Below, piece by piece: positions 46,443 through 50,266 of a stretch of DNA of 50,266 nucleotides (the stretch's first letter is position 1; every line of letters starts with the position of its first letter). This DNA comes from a virus (lineage: Duplodnaviria; Caudoviricetes). Under the pieces are notes generated by a model. That model was not told where the DNA came from and searched no databases. It was given only the letters and a program-made list of their open reading frames with translations. A program made the position numbers and the translations under genes. The stretch lies in IMG/VR virus record IMGVR_UViG_3300031626_000004, positions 1 through 50,266 of that record; one strand, 5' to 3'.

Positions 46443-46714
46443 TAGAATGTTCCTTTAAACTTGGAGCCCTTTACTTGACCGCCTCGGGAAAAGCCTTGAG
46501 TTTCTTCGATACTTTTAGGACGCGACTTAGGACGCGTTCTTTTCAACTCTTTTTGTTTTTTTTCGCTAGCAATATCGTCTAGGTAATCAGGGTATCCAGT
46601 GTTTGTTGCGGCTTTATCAAACCCTGATGCTTTCAACAAGTATGGAACAAGTGTATGCCCGCCGACCCGCTGAAACGTATTGCGTTTGTCTTTGCTGCTA
46701 CTTTCGTCGGCCAT
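46442..46714 (-). CDS. small basic late protein
   Basis: Coupled between terL and portal; RPKSRP, FSRGGQV, FKGTF. Confidence 0.7.
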   Translation of the reverse strand: MADESSSKDKRNTFQRVGGHTLVPYLLKASGFDKAATNTGYPDYLDDIASEKKQKELKRTRPKSRPKSIEETQGFSRGGQVKGSKFKGTF

Positions 46715-48180
46715 CAGTAATACTCCCTTTTCTTAGGACGCCATTCTAGTTCGTCTTCCTCTTCGCCCTTCAGAGAGATGAACCCTCCCTGTCTAAAGCG
46801 CATGAGTGCTAAAGTCATACTATCACAGAAGTCATCGTTTTCGCCATTAGGAAATGAAACTATTTCTTCTATGACTTCATCAGCAAACTTTTCGTGCATC
46901 GGTGCCCACACCATACCAGCTTCGAACAATGGAGCAACCATATGCATTCTACTGACCTTATCAGTTCCTTTGCCCGGTGAGAAGCCCAGTGCAGGAATGC
47001 CACGAAGCCGCAACTCGTCAATCAGTGGTGTGCCCGTCGCCTTCGCTTCAACCAACACCATGTCCGGCTCCCAATATTCATGCTCCTCATAGGCTACCTC
47101 CTTGAGTTCAGGGAAATTCCAACGACCGCGCCTCGCGTCCAACAACACAATGTGGTCCGGCCCACCATCCTCGGGCTTGAAGATTCCCCAAGTCGTAATC
47201 GCAGAATAGTCGGCACTTTGCTTTTTCGAGAACGCCGTATCGTAAGACTGCAAAACGTAGCTCAAAGGCGGGATCTTCTCCTTGTCCCAGTCCAACCACC
47301 ACTCGCGTTTGATGATCGCAGACTCAGATGACGTCGGGGTCTGCTGCCACTGAGCATTCCACTTGCCAACAGGCAACGAAGCCTTGATCGAAAGCAGAGC
47401 GTCCTTGTCCCAGAATTCAGGCCATAAAGGCCTATCTGAGGGCAAAATAGCAGGGAATTCAACAACTTCCCACTGGTCAGACATTACGTCTTGGCCCTGC
47501 GCCGCCAACAAACGGCCCGTCAAGTCCTTCTTCCCCCAACGGGTCATAACCAAAATGATCGTGCCACCAGGCTGAAGACGCTGACGAGGGCCAGAAGTAT
47601 ACCACTCATAGGCATTGTCGAATGCGCTCTCGCTTAAAGCGTCCTGTTCCGAATGCGGATCATCAATGATAAGTAAATCCGCTCCGCGACCTGTAATCGC
47701 CGCGCCAACGCCAGCAGCAAAGTACTCCGCGCCCGCCGTAGTGCCCCACTTTCCCGCACCCTTGTTATCTTCCTTGAGATTGGTGTTAGGAAAAATCTCT
47801 TTATAAGCCGGATCATCGATCAAATCCCTTACCTTACGGCCAAATCGTACCGCCAACTCCGTGTTGTGCGTGGCCTGAATGATTTTTAACTTAGGGTTTC
47901 TACCCAAAAACCAAGCAGGCATCAAGAAACTCGCAAACTCGGACTTGGAATGTCGAGGTGGCATGTTAATAATCAGCCGCTTGAGCTCCCCTCGTGCAAC
48001 ACGTTCAAGTTTTTCAGCAATAATCCGGTGGTGCTGCCCCTCGATGAAGTTCTCATACACATGATGAGCAAACGGCATGAACTTTTCTGTTGCTTCTTCT
48101 CGCAACTCAAGCCGCCTCTTGGCCTCAGTTAAGGCCAAGATCTCCTTTAAGGCTTCCTCGGGAAGTGCGTGTAGATTCAT
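46714..48180 (-). CDS. terL: terminase large subunit
   Basis: MPPRHSKS (Walker A), IIDDP, MTRW, SYDTA, DDFCDS nuclease motifs. Confidence 0.95.
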   Translation of the reverse strand: MNLHALPEEALKEILALTEAKRRLELREEATEKFMPFAHHVYENFIEGQHHRIIAEKLERVARGELKRLIINMPPRHSKSEFASFLMPAWFLGRNPKLKIIQATHNTELAVRFGRKVRDLIDDPAYKEIFPNTNLKEDNKGAGKWGTTAGAEYFAAGVGAAITGRGADLLIIDDPHSEQDALSESAFDNAYEWYTSGPRQRLQPGGTIILVMTRWGKKDLTGRLLAAQGQDVMSDQWEVVEFPAILPSDRPLWPEFWDKDALLSIKASLPVGKWNAQWQQTPTSSESAIIKREWWLDWDKEKIPPLSYVLQSYDTAFSKKQSADYSAITTWGIFKPEDGGPDHIVLLDARRGRWNFPELKEVAYEEHEYWEPDMVLVEAKATGTPLIDELRLRGIPALGFSPGKGTDKVSRMHMVAPLFEAGMVWAPMHEKFADEVIEEIVSFPNGENDDFCDSMTLALMRFRQGGFISLKGEEEDELEWRPKKREYY

Positions 48181-49553
48181 TAGCTGGTTCTAAACGGTAA
48201 AGACGCTAGTCCTTGTTGTGCAACTGTAATAGGTTGTATGTTAGGTGTTGGTACAACGAAATTAGGCTGCACTGGAGGGGCCAAGGTCGGCAGAGTATAC
48301 GCACCCGCAGCCGTGTAAGACGCTGCGGGCATCGCAGGAGTCTGAACCTGAATTTCTGGACGGTTAAACACGTCGTTCGGGTCTATCACACAAGCGTTCG
48401 TAGCAGGGTCCATCATGTAACCCACAGGACAGGGATCAATAGTCGTCGGGGCCACGCCAGCGACCGCAGGCCCAGGCTGACTGATCCCAGGTCCGTCGTC
48501 CGATTTGTTTGTAGGGAAATTCGGATCGACTTGAGGAGCACCGATCTTAGCCATCGCTGCATCTTGATCAATAGTCGGGTCCATGACCTTGGCGGTGTCA
48601 GACCGTGAGCCCGTGTAAGACAAAGGATTGCCGTCCGCATCCACGGATAAAGAACCAACAACCTGCCCGCCCTCCATCACAGGGACATAACGAGCCGTGG
48701 CAGAGTTAGATATACCAAGCGCCTTGGCAATGCCACTGGGCTCATAACTCCCCGTTAACTGCTCATAAGCTCGGCGCTGGTCCATGTCCGCTAAGTAATC
48801 AATGCCCTGAAGCGCGGGCATGCCTGAAAAAGGACCGAATCGAGGCTCGTCCAACTTGGTCCCAAGACCAAGGACCGCGTCAACATACTCTTGGCCCGTT
48901 AATCCAGCGTCAGCTAACATCTTCTGAGCGTTTGCCCGGCCCTCGCCCGCAATGGTTTGAGTCTTTCCATCGCCGTCAGTGTATGAAAGAGGCTGACCAC
49001 TCGTCAAATTAACGCCGCGCTCGGTGCTCTGACCGTACGGATCAGCCGCCGCCGCTATCCGCTGCTGCATAAACCGATCTTGAAACGCCTGATCAACGTT
49101 GGGGTTAGCAACGTTCGTATCGTAAACCTGACCACCTCGTCTCTCTTTATTGTCAAAAGGAGTGAGCCTGTTGATCATGTCGTCCATGTAACTATTAACA
49201 ATACGAGGGTCCCGAGCCCCCGGCTCCGCAGCCATCGCAGTTACCCTGTTGGGCATAGCGTAAGTTGTTTTGCCATTAGGGTTTGTGCTTTTAACAGCGC
49301 GGGGGTTGTTGTCCTTGTAACTAGCCTGAACCTTCGCAAAGTCGCTCTTCTCTTTGCGTGACACAGGACGGATGTTGCCCTGAGAAGGAGGAGGAAGAAT
49401 GTCCGTGGTCGTCCCAGACATAACATCCTGACCAAAAGTGCTGCCGCCGCCGTCGTCGCTGCCGCCGCCGCCGCCGCCACCTTCTTTGTCCCCGCCATAA
49501 AATATCTGGGGTCGGATCGGGTTCAAACCCATTAAATCAAGCAGCTTTGTCAT
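48180..49553 (-). CDS. Gly-rich-leader late protein, putative acyltransferase substrate
   Basis: Likely start MTKLLDLMGLNPIRPQIFYGGDKEGGGGGGG; CPVGY...C module; TAATG coupling to terL. Confidence 0.65.
   Translation of the reverse strand: MTKLLDLMGLNPIRPQIFYGGDKEGGGGGGGSDDGGGSTFGQDVMSGTTTDILPPPSQGNIRPVSRKEKSDFAKVQASYKDNNPRAVKSTNPNGKTTYAMPNRVTAMAAEPGARDPRIVNSYMDDMINRLTPFDNKERRGGQVYDTNVANPNVDQAFQDRFMQQRIAAAADPYGQSTERGVNLTSGQPLSYTDGDGKTQTIAGEGRANAQKMLADAGLTGQEYVDAVLGLGTKLDEPRFGPFSGMPALQGIDYLADMDQRRAYEQLTGSYEPSGIAKALGISNSATARYVPVMEGGQVVGSLSVDADGNPLSYTGSRSDTAKVMDPTIDQDAAMAKIGAPQVDPNFPTNKSDDGPGISQPGPAVAGVAPTTIDPCPVGYMMDPATNACVIDPNDVFNRPEIQVQTPAMPAASYTAAGAYTLPTLAPPVQPNFVVPTPNIQPITVAQQGLASLPFRTS
49441..49480. 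repeat. (GCC)n-rich tract encoding poly-Gly
   Basis: GCC triplet run on the + strand. Confidence 0.8.
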
Positions 49554-49944
49554 GCCAAGCACCTTTGTTTGGGAACGTCCCGTTCCTGTTTCCGCGATGA
49601 GCAAGCACCTCAGTCACCCCTGGGTACTGAATCCAAAACTGCTTTCTCATTTCTTTACAAATCCACAATACATCTTTTTTACCATGCGTGGCAATCATAT
49701 CTACAAAAACCATTACATCGCCCTCGTCACGGGCAAAAATCTCCGGGCCGCAATAATCCTTGCTGGCAAACTCCTCACGAGTCATAAACGCCCAGGTGAT
49801 CAATCCAACGCACACCCCATCCCTGTAAAACAACCGTATCTGATCATTGTCAATTGCAGGCAATAACCGCCAAGAAATCGTAGAGGACGGGAAGTCCCTA
49901 TAAGACTCAGACGTGCACCAAAGATTTAACGCATCACGAATCAT
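49537..49944 (-). CDS. HlyC/RtxC-family (toxin-activating) acyltransferase homolog
   Basis: LWCTSESYRDFP...LLPAIDNDQ...RDGVCVGLITWA...GD...FVDMIATHG...MRKQF parallels the HlyC family as recalled: LWASSPLHRNWP...VLPAI..NQ...RD..PVAYCSWA...GD...FIDWIAPFG...MRKKF. Confidence 0.8.
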   Translation of the reverse strand: MIRDALNLWCTSESYRDFPSSTISWRLLPAIDNDQIRLFYRDGVCVGLITWAFMTREEFASKDYCGPEIFARDEGDVMVFVDMIATHGKKDVLWICKEMRKQFWIQYPGVTEVLAHRGNRNGTFPNKGAWHDKAA

Positions 49945-50266
49945 CCGCCCCTCAAACTCGCTAAACCCTGAAACCGATCCAAAGCATTCCCGCCACTGCC
50001 GCGGCTCACAGACGCACTCGCCTTCAAAGGACTAACCTTCCGGGGACTAAAAGCCTTGGTCAACATGGACAAACCAGCCATCGCAGACTGATAGTCATCA
50101 GCCTCCGATCCACCGTCCGACTCCGCTAACGTCTTCAAGGCAGCCTCAATACCGCCAACCGTGTCAGGCCGAGACGAAGTACGAACAGGCGCAAACTCCT
50201 CCGCGTAATCACTCAAACTCGTGCCGTTAGAATCCGAAGGGTTGTACTCGCCTCCCGACTCAAGGA
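49941..50266 (-). CDS. 5'-truncated late protein (possible lysozyme-like domain)
   Basis: Frame stays open to the window end: ...LESGGEYNPSDSNGTSLSDYAEEF...; ATGA overlap with the acyltransferase. Confidence 0.6.
   Translation of the reverse strand, partial: LESGGEYNPSDSNGTSLSDYAEEFAPVRTSSRPDTVGGIEAALKTLAESDGGSEADDYQSAMAGLSMLTKAFSPRKVSPLKASASVSRGSGGNALDRFQGLASLRGG

Noticed and set aside
48180-49553. True RTX toxin
   Set aside because: No GGxGxDxLx nonapeptide repeats and no type I secretion genes; the Gly tract is a simple run

Overview
Near-complete genome of a tailed dsDNA phage, probably short-tailed (portal, P22 gp10-like hub, large ejection proteins, no tape measure recognised). The SNF2 helicase / SSB / AEP primase / UvrD / PolA module and the capsid protein starting MAISRAQLAKELEPGLNALFG resemble the marine HTVC023P / CRP-901-type phages. 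A Rhodobacteraceae-like alphaproteobacterial host is inferred, not shown. Layout: early units and repeat-rich control DNA (1-1.5 kb, +); VRR-NUC nuclease and TerS (-); a divergent control region (2.4-2.7 kb); small early genes (2.7-7.5 kb, +); replication (7.5-17 kb); one long late morphogenesis/lysis/packaging region (17-50.3 kb, -), cut by the window end. Most notable: an HlyC/RtxC-like acyltransferase with altered catalytic residues, translationally coupled to a Gly-rich protein and TerL, suggesting a phage protein-acylation system. Also found: GGCGCA arrays with one copy over the promoter of a hidden RHH regulator, a candidate sRNA, two paralogous mini-HTH genes, an EF-hand membrane protein in the lysis cassette, and a shared xxGGxV motif in many late proteins. 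No tRNA, CRISPR, integrase or RNA polymerase was recognised. All family calls come from motif recognition by eye, not database searches.
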